From: Rhodocyclaceae bacterium
GTDB lineage: Bacteria; Pseudomonadota; Gammaproteobacteria; Burkholderiales; Rhodocyclaceae
Direction: 5' to 3'
NCBI GenBank assembly: GCA_035505955.1
Contig: DATJQH010000137.1
Coordinates: 2,325 to 66,324, forward strand
DNA length: 64,000 nucleotides
Shown: positions 22,009 to 33,739 of the stretch, piece after piece
Layout of the letters: each line of letters starts with the position of its first letter
Position numbering within the stretch: position 1 is the first letter of the stretch
Notes under the pieces: generated by a model
The model's database searches: none
The model's input: only the letters and a program-made list of their open reading frames with translations
What the model was told of the DNA's origin: nothing
Made by a program: the position numbers and the translations under genes

Positions 22009-23319
22009 ATGCGGTCCATGCAAGACCCGCTCCTCCGGCGCAGCCTCGCTGCCGTCTGGCATCCCTGCACGCAGATGAAGCAGCACGACACCGGCGACCT
22101 GCCGCTATTGCCGGTCGCCCAGGGCGAAGGCCCCTGGCTGATCGGGACCGACGGCCAGCGCTGGCTCGATGGCATCAGCTCCTGGTGGGTCAACCTCTTT
22201 GGCCACTGCAATCCGCGCATCAACGCCGCCCTGCGCGAGCAACTCGATACGCTCGAACACGTGCTGCTTGCCGGCTGCACCCACGAGCCCGTGGTCGCGC
22301 TTTCCGAGCGGCTGACGCGCCTCGCGGGCGGCGAACTCGGGCACTGCTTCTACGGCTCCGACGGCGCCTCGGCGACGGAGATCGCCCTCAAGATGTCCGC
22401 GCATTACTGGCGCAATACGGGCCAGCCGGGCAAGAACGGCTTCCTTTGTCTCGCCGGCGGTTATCACGGGGAGACGGCGGGCGCGCTCGGCGTGACTGAC
22501 ATCGCCATCTTCCGCGATGCCTACGCGCCGCTGATCCGCGCCGCCACAGTGCTGCCCTCACCTGATGCGCGACTGGGCCCCGACGCGACACGACTCGCCG
22601 TCGACGCGCTGGCAGCGCATCTCGCGGCACATCACGCCGAGATTGCGGCGCTGATCGTCGAACCGCTGGTGCAATGTGCCGCCGGCATGGCCATGCACGA
22701 GCCGGACTACCTGAGCCAGGCGCGCGCGCTGTGCGACCGCTACGAGGTGCACCTGATCGCGGACGAGATCGCAGTGGGCTTCGGCCGCACCGGCACGTTC
22801 TTCGCACACGAGCAGGCAAATATCCGGCCCGACTTCCTGTGCCTGTCCAAGGGGATCACCGGCGGCTACCTGCCGCTCTCCGTCGTCATGACGCGCGACG
22901 CGATCTACCGCGCCTTTCTCGACGACGCCACGGCGCGCGGCTTCCTGCATTCGCACTCCTACACCGGCAACCCGTTGGCCTGTCGCGCTGCGCTGGCGAC
23001 GCTCGACATCTTCGAACAGGACGATGCCCTCGCCGTCAACGCGCGCCGCGGCGACCGCATCGACGCGCTGTTGCGGCCACTCGCGGAACACCCGCAAGTG
23101 CGCCACTACCGCCGGCGCGGCATGATCTTCGCTTTCGATGTCGACAGCGACCCGGACTTCGGCCGTCGTTTCTATCGCGCCGCACTGGCGCGCGGCGTGC
23201 TGCTGCGCCCGATCGGAAGTACGGTCTATCTGATGCCGCCCTACGTGCTCACCGACGCCGAGATCGAACACCTGTGCCGCGGTGCCGGGGAAGCGCTCGC
23301 CGAGGCGCTGCGCCCATGA
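22009..23319 (+). CDS. bioA: adenosylmethionine-8-amino-7-oxononanoate aminotransferase
   Basis: Class-III aminotransferase with HLIADEIAVGFGRTG and LSKGITGGYLPLS (PLP lysine). First gene of the bio cluster. Confidence 0.9.
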   Translation: MRSMQDPLLRRSLAAVWHPCTQMKQHDTGDLPLLPVAQGEGPWLIGTDGQRWLDGISSWWVNLFGHCNPRINAALREQLDTLEHVLLAGCTHEPVVALSERLTRLAGGELGHCFYGSDGASATEIALKMSAHYWRNTGQPGKNGFLCLAGGYHGETAGALGVTDIAIFRDAYAPLIRAATVLPSPDARLGPDATRLAVDALAAHLAAHHAEIAALIVEPLVQCAAGMAMHEPDYLSQARALCDRYEVHLIADEIAVGFGRTGTFFAHEQANIRPDFLCLSKGITGGYLPLSVVMTRDAIYRAFLDDATARGFLHSHSYTGNPLACRAALATLDIFEQDDALAVNARRGDRIDALLRPLAEHPQVRHYRRRGMIFAFDVDSDPDFGRRFYRAALARGVLLRPIGSTVYLMPPYVLTDAEIEHLCRGAGEALAEALRP

Positions 23320-24476
23320 ACCCGGCCGCGCGCCTCGCCGAACTGAAGGCCGCGGACCTGCTGCGCCGGCGCCGCCTCGCCGGCACGCCCTGCGGGCCGG
23401 AAATGCTGATCGACGGCAAGCCGATGCTGTCGTTCGCCAGCAACGATTACCTCGGCCTCGCCGCGCACCCGCGCGTCGTCGATGCCGCCTCGCGCGGGCT
23501 CCTGCAGTGGGGCGTTGGCGCGGGCGCCTCCGAGTATCTGGGCGGCCACTTCCCGCCGCACCGCGAACTCGAAGCTGCACTGGCTGCCTTCGTCGGCGCC
23601 GAGAAGGCGCTCCACTTCGCGACCGGCTACATGGCCAACATCGGCGTCGTGCCGGCGCTGGTCGAGCGCGGCGATGCGTTGTTCGCCGACAAGCTCAACC
23701 ATGCATCGCTGATCGATGCCGTACGCCTGTCGCTCGCCGACGGACACCGCTATCCGCATCTCGACCTCGCCGTGCTCGAAGGTCAGCTTGCCGCCAGCCG
23801 GGCACGCCAGCGGCTGATCGTCACCGACGCCGTGTTCAGCATGGATGGCGATCTCGCGCCGCTGATCGAACTGCTTGCGCTGGCCGAGCGCTTCGACGCA
23901 TGGGTGCTGATCGACGACGCCCACGGCTTCGGCGTGCTCGGTCCGCAGGGCCGCGGTTGCGCGGCTCACTTCGGCCTGAAGCCGACCGGACGGCTGGTAC
24001 TTATGGGCACGCTGGGCAAGGCTGCAGGAGTCGCCGGTGCCTTCGTCGCCGGCGATGCCGACGTCATCGACTTGCTGGAGCAGTCGGCGCGCACGGCGAT
24101 CTACACCACCGGCGTACCACCGGGGCTGACTTTCGCTTTGCTGGAAAGCCTGCGTCTCATTGAAGCCGGTGACGACCTGCGCGCCCACCTGCAAGCACTG
24201 ATCACGCGCCTGCGCGCCGGGCTCGAACCGGTCTGCGCGCGCAAAGGTTGGCGGCTGCCGGCGTCGCCGACCGCGATCCAGCCGGTGGTGATCGGCGGCA
24301 ACGAAGAGACGCTGGCCGTCGCCGACGCCTTGATGGAGCGTGGCATCTGGGCCCCGGCGATCCGGCCACCGACGGTGCCGGCCGGCCAGGCCCGCCTGCG
24401 CATTTCGCTTTCGGCATCGCACGGCGAGATGCAGATCGACGAACTCATCGGCGCGCTCACCGAGATCGCATCTTGA
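23316..24476 (+). CDS. bioF: 8-amino-7-oxononanoate synthase
   Basis: [15 protein letters not shown], and [11 protein letters not shown] (PLP lysine). ATG overlaps the bioA stop. The tracked ORF start at 22674 is an in-frame upstream extension running through bioA. Confidence 0.9.
   Translation: MNPAARLAELKAADLLRRRRLAGTPCGPEMLIDGKPMLSFASNDYLGLAAHPRVVDAASRGLLQWGVGAGASEYLGGHFPPHRELEAALAAFVGAEKALHFATGYMANIGVVPALVERGDALFADKLNHASLIDAVRLSLADGHRYPHLDLAVLEGQLAASRARQRLIVTDAVFSMDGDLAPLIELLALAERFDAWVLIDDAHGFGVLGPQGRGCAAHFGLKPTGRLVLMGTLGKAAGVAGAFVAGDADVIDLLEQSARTAIYTTGVPPGLTFALLESLRLIEAGDDLRAHLQALITRLRAGLEPVCARKGWRLPASPTAIQPVVIGGNEETLAVADALMERGIWAPAIRPPTVPAGQARLRISLSASHGEMQIDELIGALTEIAS
24111..24134 (-). 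repeat. dispersed word copy H (reverse orientation, inside bioF): GAAAGTCAGCCCCGGTGGTACGCC
   Basis: Exact AGTCAG-N10-ACGCC on the minus strand. Confidence 0.6.
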
Positions 24477-25117
24477 AGGACCTCGTGCTTCTCGCCGGCT
24501 GGGGGTTCGACAGCCGTGTCTGGCGTCCTGTCGCCGAACGGCTGGAGGACGACTTCCGCATCGCCTACGATCTCGACGCGGCAAGCGCGGACACCATCGC
24601 CTGCGGCTGGTCGCTCGGCGCGCTGCGTGCGCAAAAGTCAGCCCTCGTGGGACGCCAAATCCTGGTCGGCGCAACGCGGCGCTTCGTGCAGGCGCCGGAC
24701 TGGCCCTGCGCCCAGCCGCCGCAGCTGCTTGACAGTTTCGTCGACGCCGTCGCCGCCGATCCGGCAGCCGCCCTGCGCCGCTTCGCCGCGCTCGTCAACC
24801 AGGGTGACGAACGAGCGCGCGATCTCACGCGCTTCCTGACGACATTGCTGCGCGAACGCATTCCCGATGCCGCCACGCTCGCCGCCGGCCTGGCCGAATT
24901 GCGCGACACCGACCTGCAGGAGTCGGCCCCCGTGGTACGCCGTGCGACGCTGCTGGTTCACGGCGAGCGCGACGCTTTGATGCCGCTCGACGCCGCGCGC
25001 TGGCTCGCGGCGCACATTCCCGCGGCGAGGCTGGAGATCTTCGCCGGCGCCGGCCACGCACCCTTCCTGTCGCAACCTGACCGCTTCGCCGCGCTGGTGC
25101 GAGAGTTCGCAGCATGA
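24473..25117 (+). CDS. bioH: short alpha/beta-hydrolase, BioH-like pimeloyl-ACP methyl ester esterase
   Basis: LVLLAGWG oxyanion region, nucleophile elbow GWSLGA, and C-terminal GAGHAPFLSQP. Positioned between bioF and bioC. TTG start at 24473 overlaps the bioF stop. Only about 214 aa. Confidence 0.65.
   Translation: MKDLVLLAGWGFDSRVWRPVAERLEDDFRIAYDLDAASADTIACGWSLGALRAQKSALVGRQILVGATRRFVQAPDWPCAQPPQLLDSFVDAVAADPAAALRRFAALVNQGDERARDLTRFLTTLLRERIPDAATLAAGLAELRDTDLQESAPVVRRATLLVHGERDALMPLDAARWLAAHIPAARLEIFAGAGHAPFLSQPDRFAALVREFAA
24633..24658 (+). repeat. dispersed word copy E (inside bioH): AAAAGTCAGCCCTCGTGGGACGCCAA
   Basis: Exact AGTCAG-N10-ACGCC. Confidence 0.6.
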
Positions 25118-25866
25118 GCCGGCGCAGCGTGCGTCGCGCCTTCGATCGCGCGGCCGGCCGCTACGATGCCGCGGCGCGCCTGCAGCGCCGCGTGTGCGAA
25201 CTGCTTCTCGCCGAACTCGCCGATTCACGCCCCGAGTCCGTTCTCGATGCCGGCTGCGGAACGGGCTACGCGATCGAACTCCTGTCGCGGCGCTGGCCGC
25301 TTGCACACATCGTCGCCACCGACTTTGCGCCGGCGATGGTGGCCGCGGCCGGTGGCGGCATCTGCGCCGACATCGAAGCCCTGCCCTTCGCAAGCTGCGC
25401 CTTCGACCTGTACTGGTCGAGCCTCGCGCTCCAATGGTGCGACGTTCGCCGCGCCATGGGCGAAGCCGCGCGCGTGCTCGCGCCCGGCGGCCGGCTGGTC
25501 GTGTCCACACTGGCACACGGCACGCTGGCGGAACTCGGCGCGGCATTTGCCGGGTCCGATGGTTACCGCCACGTGCTGCAGTTCGAACCGCCGGAAGCGT
25601 TGGCAACCGCGTGCAGCACGGCCGGATTGGTCGACATCCGGTACCAGCGCCACACGCTGCGCTTTCATCACGACTCGCTGGCCGCGCTGCTGCGCGAACT
25701 GAAGGCACTCGGCGCCAACGAGGTCGGCGCAAACCGCCGGCCGGGCCTGATGGGACGCCGAACGTGGCAAACTATGCAGGATCGATACGAGGCGCGGCGC
25801 GAGAATGCCGGCCTGCCAGCAACATTCGAGGTCATCCTATGCCGCGCAAAGAAACCTACTTCGTGA
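25114..25866 (+). CDS. bioC: malonyl-ACP O-methyltransferase
   Basis: SAM motif VLDAGCGTGY and a BioC-like FDLYWSSLALQWC segment. ATGA overlap with bioH. Confidence 0.85.
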   Translation: MSRRSVRRAFDRAAGRYDAAARLQRRVCELLLAELADSRPESVLDAGCGTGYAIELLSRRWPLAHIVATDFAPAMVAAAGGGICADIEALPFASCAFDLYWSSLALQWCDVRRAMGEAARVLAPGGRLVVSTLAHGTLAELGAAFAGSDGYRHVLQFEPPEALATACSTAGLVDIRYQRHTLRFHHDSLAALLRELKALGANEVGANRRPGLMGRRTWQTMQDRYEARRENAGLPATFEVILCRAKKPTS

Positions 25867-26516
25867 CCGGTACCGACACCGAAGTCGGCAAGACCTACGC
25901 CACCTGCGTCCTGCTCCACGCCGCGCGCGGGGCCGGCCGCACGGCGGTAGGCATGAAACCCATTGCCGCAGGCGTCGACGCCCGGGGACGCAACGAGGAT
26001 GTCGAGCGCCTGATTGCGGCGAGTTCGATCACCGCGCCGCGCGAACTCGTGAACCCTTACTGCTTCGCCGCCCCGGTGGCGCCGCACATCGCCGCCGCGG
26101 CCGCCGGCGTAAGTGTCAACGCCACGCGCATTGCCGCCGCCGCACGCGACTTGGCCGCGGAGGCGGATCTGCTGCTGATCGAGGGCGTCGGCGGATTCAT
26201 CGTTCCCCTCGGCGACGATTTCGACACCGCCGACCTCGCGGCGCATCTCGACGTGGGCGTGATCCTGGTCGTCGGCCTGCGCCTGGGCTGCCTGAACCAC
26301 GCGCTGCTCACCGCCGAGGCGATCCGCAAGCGCGGTCTGCTGCTGGCCGGCTGGATCGCCAACTGCATCGATCCGGACATGGCCTGGCCCGAAGAAAACA
26401 TCACCGCGCTCAAGGAGCGCCTGCCGGCACCACTCCTCGGCGTGCTGCCCTGGCAGGACAAACTCGATGCGGCCGAGGCGGCCCGCCACCTGACGCTGCC
26501 GCAGGACGCGGGCTAA
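25839..26516 (+). CDS. bioD: dethiobiotin synthase
   Basis: YFVTGTDTEVGKT P-loop and GMKPIAAG, EGVGG motifs. Start at the ATG at 25839 (MPRKETYF). Confidence 0.9.
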   Translation: MPRKETYFVTGTDTEVGKTYATCVLLHAARGAGRTAVGMKPIAAGVDARGRNEDVERLIAASSITAPRELVNPYCFAAPVAPHIAAAAAGVSVNATRIAAAARDLAAEADLLLIEGVGGFIVPLGDDFDTADLAAHLDVGVILVVGLRLGCLNHALLTAEAIRKRGLLLAGWIANCIDPDMAWPEENITALKERLPAPLLGVLPWQDKLDAAEAARHLTLPQDAG

Positions 26517-26547
26517 ACCTTTTCGTCGCGGCGCCGATAAGGCGATC

Positions 26548-27603
26548 ATGAAGGTCGCCGCCGCCACCGTTGCCATGCAATCGCAGCATGCCGCGCTCCA
26601 ACGCCAGGAGACGCACGAATCGCTGCTGGCGTGGGTTGGGCAACGCAGCGCTCCGACCGGGACGCCTTCCCATCGCCACCGGGATGACACGGTACGGATT
26701 TCCGACGCAGGTCGCGCGCTCCGGGTCGACAAGACGCAGGCCACGGATTCGTCGGCCAGTGCGGCCGACGCCGACCCGACGTTGTCGCTGATCCGCCAGA
26801 TGGTCGAGATACTCACCGGCAAGCCGGTGCGCACGGTCAGGCCCGAAGACATCCAGTCCGGCGCACCCGCCGCCGACGTGCCGCAGCCGGTTCAGAACGA
26901 TGCGGCATCCGCGGCCCAGCCCGCCCCATCGGCGGGGTACGGCATTGCCTACGACTACCATGCCGAGACGGAAGAAGCCGAGACGACGAGCTTTTCCGCC
27001 CAGGGCGTGGTCAAGACCGCCGACGGCAGGGAGATCAACTTCAGCCTCGACTTGAACATGGCGCGCTACTACCGCGCGGAGGTCAATGTGAGCTTCCGCG
27101 CCGGAGATGCAGTACAGCACGACCCGCTGGTAATCAACTTCAACGGCAACGCCGCGCAACTGACCGACCAGCATTTCGCCTTCGACGTCAACGGCGACGG
27201 CACGCTGGACCAGGTCGCCACGCTTGCTTCGGGCAGCGGTTACCTGGCGCTCGACAAGAACGGCAACGGCGTCATCGATTCCGGCGCCGAGCTGTTTGGT
27301 CCCGCCAGCGGCTCCGGCTTCGCCGAACTGGCCGGCTACGATCAGGATGGCAACGGCTGGATCGACGAGAGCGACGCGATCTTCTCGCAGTTGCGCGTAT
27401 GGACTCCGACGACGGATGGCAAGGGCACGCTGGCATCGCTCGCCGACCAGAATGTCGGCGCGCTTTATCTGGGCAGCACTGCGACCCCGTTCCAGTTGCG
27501 CGGCAGCCAGAACAGCAACCTCGGCGCCGTTGCCGCCACCGGCCTGTACCTGAAAGAAGACGGCAGTGCCGGCACCCTGCAGGAAGTCGATCTGACGGTC
27601 TAA
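26548..27603 (+). CDS. hypothetical protein with three EF-hand-like DxDxDG calcium-binding loops
   Basis: DVNGDGTLD, DKNGNGVID, DQDGNGWID. I found no recognisable signal peptide. Confidence 0.6.
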   Translation: MKVAAATVAMQSQHAALQRQETHESLLAWVGQRSAPTGTPSHRHRDDTVRISDAGRALRVDKTQATDSSASAADADPTLSLIRQMVEILTGKPVRTVRPEDIQSGAPAADVPQPVQNDAASAAQPAPSAGYGIAYDYHAETEEAETTSFSAQGVVKTADGREINFSLDLNMARYYRAEVNVSFRAGDAVQHDPLVINFNGNAAQLTDQHFAFDVNGDGTLDQVATLASGSGYLALDKNGNGVIDSGAELFGPASGSGFAELAGYDQDGNGWIDESDAIFSQLRVWTPTTDGKGTLASLADQNVGALYLGSTATPFQLRGSQNSNLGAVAATGLYLKEDGSAGTLQEVDLTV

Positions 27604-27697
27604 AAACGGCGATGTCCGAAGCTTCGCGACCTGACCTCTTGGGCTAGAATCCTTTTTTGGGGGTTGAGGTTCCGCCGAGGCCAAGAAAGCGAATGTC

Positions 27698-29314
27698 ATG
27701 ATTGCCAATCAAAAGATCTGGGTGAAGCTCACCGTCGCCATCTGGCTGATGCTGGTGGTTTTCTGGACGGGGCTCATCTTCTGGGAAAGCTACACCAACC
27801 GCCAGACCGCCATCCGCCAGGCCGAAGATTTCTCGCTGTCGATGCACGAAGCCACGCTGGCCGGCCTGACGGGCATGATGCTCACGGGCACCGTCGGCCA
27901 GCGCGACGTGTTCCTCGATCAGATCAAGCAGTTGTCGATCATCCGCGACCTCTCGGTGCTGCGCGGCGAAGCCGTCAGCAAGCTGTTCGGGCCCGGCAAC
28001 GCGCAGGACAGCAAGCCCCGCGACGCCGTCGAGCAGCAGGTACTGACGCGCGGTGAGGAATTCACCGCCGTCGAATCGGATGCCCGCGGCGAATACCTGC
28101 GCGTGATTCGTCCCGCCAAGGCGTCGAAGAATTACCTCGGCAAGGACTGCATCGCCTGCCACCAGGTGCCCGAGGGGACCGTGCTCGGCGCCGTCAGCAT
28201 GAAGATTTCGCTCGACCAGGTAGACGCCGCCGTGACCGCGCAGCGCATCAAGTCGCTGGTCGCCGCGCTGCTCCTCAGCATCCCGATGCTGGCGTTCGTC
28301 TATCTCTTCATCAGCAACGTGGTGACGAAGCCGCTGGACAAGATGGTGTCCGGCCTGCGCAACATCGCGCACGGTGAAGGCGACCTGACGCAGCGGCTGG
28401 AAGCCCACAGCCACGACGAGATCGGCTCGGCCAGCACGGCTTTCAACGAGATGATGGCCAAGATGGCCTCGCTGGTGCATCAGGTGACCGATTCGGCGCG
28501 CCAGGTCACTGCCGCAGCCAAGGAACTCGCGGCCGGTGCCGGCCAGGTCGCAAACAGTTCCCACAAGCAGAACGACACGTCCGTCGCGGCTTCGGGCTCC
28601 GTGGACAAGATGGTCTCGGCGATCGGCTCGATTGCTGAAAGCACCGAAGAGGTCCATAAGCAATCGCAAGAGAGTCTGCGCCGCTCGCAGGAGGGCAATG
28701 TCAGCCTGTCGAAGCTGATCGGCGAGATCGCCGTCGTGGAAAGGACTGTCAAGGGCATCGCCGATGCGGTCCGGGAATTCGTCGACAGCACCGTGGCCAT
28801 CACCAACATGACCAAGGAAGTGCGCGACATCGCCGACCAGACCAACCTGCTGGCCTTGAATGCCGCCATCGAGGCTGCGCGTGCCGGCGAACAGGGCCGC
28901 GGCTTCGCCGTGGTGGCGGACGAGGTGCGCAAGCTCGCCGAAAAATCCGCAGGTTCTGCGAGCGAAATCGACGGCATCACACGCGCCCTGTCGACCCGCT
29001 CCGATGCGGTACAGACGTCGATCCGGGAAGGTCTCGACCACCTGACCGCGAGTCAGGAATCGCTCGAAGCCGTGGCGCAGGTCCTTGGCGAAGCCAGCGA
29101 CTCGGTGGTCCGCGTCGGCCACGGCCTCGATGCCATCGCCAGCGCAACCGACGAGCAGCGGCGCGTCAGCGGCGAAGTCGCAGCGAACATCGACTCGATC
29201 GCCGACATGGCCAAGGAAAACAACAAGGCGGTCGAGCAGACGGCAGCGGCGGCCAAGAAGCTCGAGCAGCTGGCCAGCGGCCTCCAGGACATCGTCGGCC
29301 GTTTCCGCACCTAG
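27698..29314 (+). CDS. methyl-accepting chemotaxis protein with a periplasmic CXXCH (c-type haem) sensor domain
   Basis: TM1, then a roughly 170-aa periplasmic domain containing [13 protein letters not shown], then TM2 and HAMP. The signalling hairpin is highly conserved ([38 protein letters not shown]). Confidence 0.85.
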   Translation: MIANQKIWVKLTVAIWLMLVVFWTGLIFWESYTNRQTAIRQAEDFSLSMHEATLAGLTGMMLTGTVGQRDVFLDQIKQLSIIRDLSVLRGEAVSKLFGPGNAQDSKPRDAVEQQVLTRGEEFTAVESDARGEYLRVIRPAKASKNYLGKDCIACHQVPEGTVLGAVSMKISLDQVDAAVTAQRIKSLVAALLLSIPMLAFVYLFISNVVTKPLDKMVSGLRNIAHGEGDLTQRLEAHSHDEIGSASTAFNEMMAKMASLVHQVTDSARQVTAAAKELAAGAGQVANSSHKQNDTSVAASGSVDKMVSAIGSIAESTEEVHKQSQESLRRSQEGNVSLSKLIGEIAVVERTVKGIADAVREFVDSTVAITNMTKEVRDIADQTNLLALNAAIEAARAGEQGRGFAVVADEVRKLAEKSAGSASEIDGITRALSTRSDAVQTSIREGLDHLTASQESLEAVAQVLGEASDSVVRVGHGLDAIASATDEQRRVSGEVAANIDSIADMAKENNKAVEQTAAAAKKLEQLASGLQDIVGRFRT

Positions 29315-29340
29315 GCCTTCGGATTTTTTTCGCGCGGGGG

Positions 29341-29368
29341 CTTGAAACGCCCCCGGCCGCCCCCATGA
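29341..29368 (+). promoter_or_regulatory. sigma-32 (RpoH) heat-shock promoter upstream of grpE
   Basis: CTTGAAA-N13-CCCCATGA, against the consensus CTTGAAA-N13/14-CCCCATNT. It lies 34 nt upstream of the grpE ATG. Confidence 0.7.
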
Positions 29369-29401
29369 TCTGCATGGTTTATCGACCAGAGATGTTTTCC
29401 C

Positions 29402-29980
29402 ATGCAGGATACCGACAAAGAAACCCCTTCCCTTGCTCAAGCCGAGCCGGCAGCTGCCGTTGCCGGCGAGTCCTCTGCCGACCAGCCGGAAACCCTGCCC
29501 AGCCTGGCGGAGCTCCTCAAGGCGGCTGAACTGAAGGCCGCCGAGCACCACGATGCCTGGCTGCGCGCCAAGGCTGAATCCGAGAACATCCGTCGCCGCG
29601 CCCAGGAGGACATCGCCAAGGCCGGCAAGTTCGCCGCGGAGAAGTTCGCGGCCGAACTGCTGGCCGTCAAGGACAGCCTCGAAGCGGCACTGGCCAACCA
29701 GGACCAGAACGCCGAGGCGCTGAAAAGCGGTGTCGAACTGACGCTGCGGCAGTTGATCGCCGCTTTCGAGAAATCGAACGTGAAGGAGATCAATCCGCTC
29801 GACGAGAAGTTCGACCCGCACCGCCACCAGGCGATCAGCCAGGTCGAGGCCGAGGGCGAGCCGAACCGCGTCATCAACGTGCTGCAGAAGGGCTACGCGC
29901 TGCACGAGCGCATCCTGCGCCCGGCGCTGGTGGTTGTTTCCCGGGCAAGAGTCAGCCCCGACGGTACGCCAAGCGCTTGA
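29402..29980 (+). CDS. grpE: nucleotide exchange factor GrpE
   Basis: Coiled-coil N-terminus, FDPHRHQAI, and [21 protein letters not shown]-terminal motifs. Confidence 0.9.
   Translation: MQDTDKETPSLAQAEPAAAVAGESSADQPETLPSLAELLKAAELKAAEHHDAWLRAKAESENIRRRAQEDIAKAGKFAAEKFAAELLAVKDSLEAALANQDQNAEALKSGVELTLRQLIAAFEKSNVKEINPLDEKFDPHRHQAISQVEAEGEPNRVINVLQKGYALHERILRPALVVVSRARVSPDGTPSA
29947..29974 (+). repeat. dispersed word copy C (last codons of grpE): AAGAGTCAGCCCCGACGGTACGCCAAGC
   Basis: Exact AGTCAG-N10-ACGCC plus the AAGC flank. Confidence 0.7.
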
Positions 29981-30003
29981 ATCGCGGCCGTATAACCCCA
30001 TAT
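29976..30003 (+). promoter_or_regulatory. sigma-32 (RpoH) heat-shock promoter upstream of dnaK
   Basis: CTTGAAT-N13-CCCCATAT. The -35 element overlaps the grpE stop codon. Confidence 0.7.
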
Positions 30004-30038
30004 CCGATACAGATCAATCTTCAACGAAGGACACCAAC

Positions 30039-31973
<1,935 letters not shown>

Positions 31974-32074
31974 GACGGACGCTCACGCGCCGTCCTAACT
32001 GGCCGAGTTGAAGCGGACGGGCAGATCGCCGCTTGACTCGGCCACACCGTTTGATGGTCTCGAAATGATTTGAC

Positions 32075-33211
<1,137 letters not shown>

Positions 33212-33221
33212 TCCCGCCCGC

Positions 33222-33245
33222 AAGAGTCAGCCCCCGCGGTACGCC
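33222..33245 (+). repeat. dispersed word copy B (intergenic, 11 nt after dnaJ stop): AAGAGTCAGCCCCCGCGGTACGCC
   Basis: Exact AGTCAG-N10-ACGCC. Confidence 0.7.
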
Positions 33246-33385
33246 GTGCGGCGCGCCGCGGCCATTAGTCCGGTTGGACCAATCCCGTTCTGGCCGGCAA
33301 ATCCGCGTGCTACAGTCGGCCAACTCGTCATTGGCCGCCCCCATCGCGACCGGCCATGACGCATGCGCGATGTGGAGTTGGAACG

Positions 33386-33739
33386 ATGGGCAATAACGAT
33401 TTCGAAACGGGTTACTTGATCGGCGTGGCCACGGCGGACGACAGCGGCGTGTCGGCAGCGAAGCTCAACCACGCTCACAATGAACTGGCTCTCGCCAGGC
33501 GACGCGTCGCAGAACTTGAAAAGCAGGTGCATGCCCTGCGCCACGAGAGTCGCGAGTCGCGCGCCATTGCCGCCGGCAAGGATGCCGTGCGTCAGCGCCT
33601 CCTCGAAGCCTTGGCCGAGGTGGCGCCGCACCACCCGCTGGCCCATCCGTTCGAGGCCAACCCGCTGCGCGATGCCATCTTCGACGAAGCCGCCGGCCGC
33701 GAGTACGACCTCAACCCGCTGGGTCCGTACGACGGCTGA
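33386..33739 (+). CDS. hypothetical small protein with a predicted coiled-coil segment
   Basis: ORF with a GGAG 10 nt before the ATG at 33386 (the tracked start is 33356). Contains LALARRRVAELEKQVHALRHE. I recognise no family. Confidence 0.4.
   Translation: MGNNDFETGYLIGVATADDSGVSAAKLNHAHNELALARRRVAELEKQVHALRHESRESRAIAAGKDAVRQRLLEALAEVAPHHPLAHPFEANPLRDAIFDEAAGREYDLNPLGPYDG

Noticed and set aside
27644-30001. 785-aa minus-strand ORF spanning the MCP and grpE
   Set aside because: It is antisense to two clearly recognisable genes and crosses an intergenic promoter region. The sequence has no motifs.
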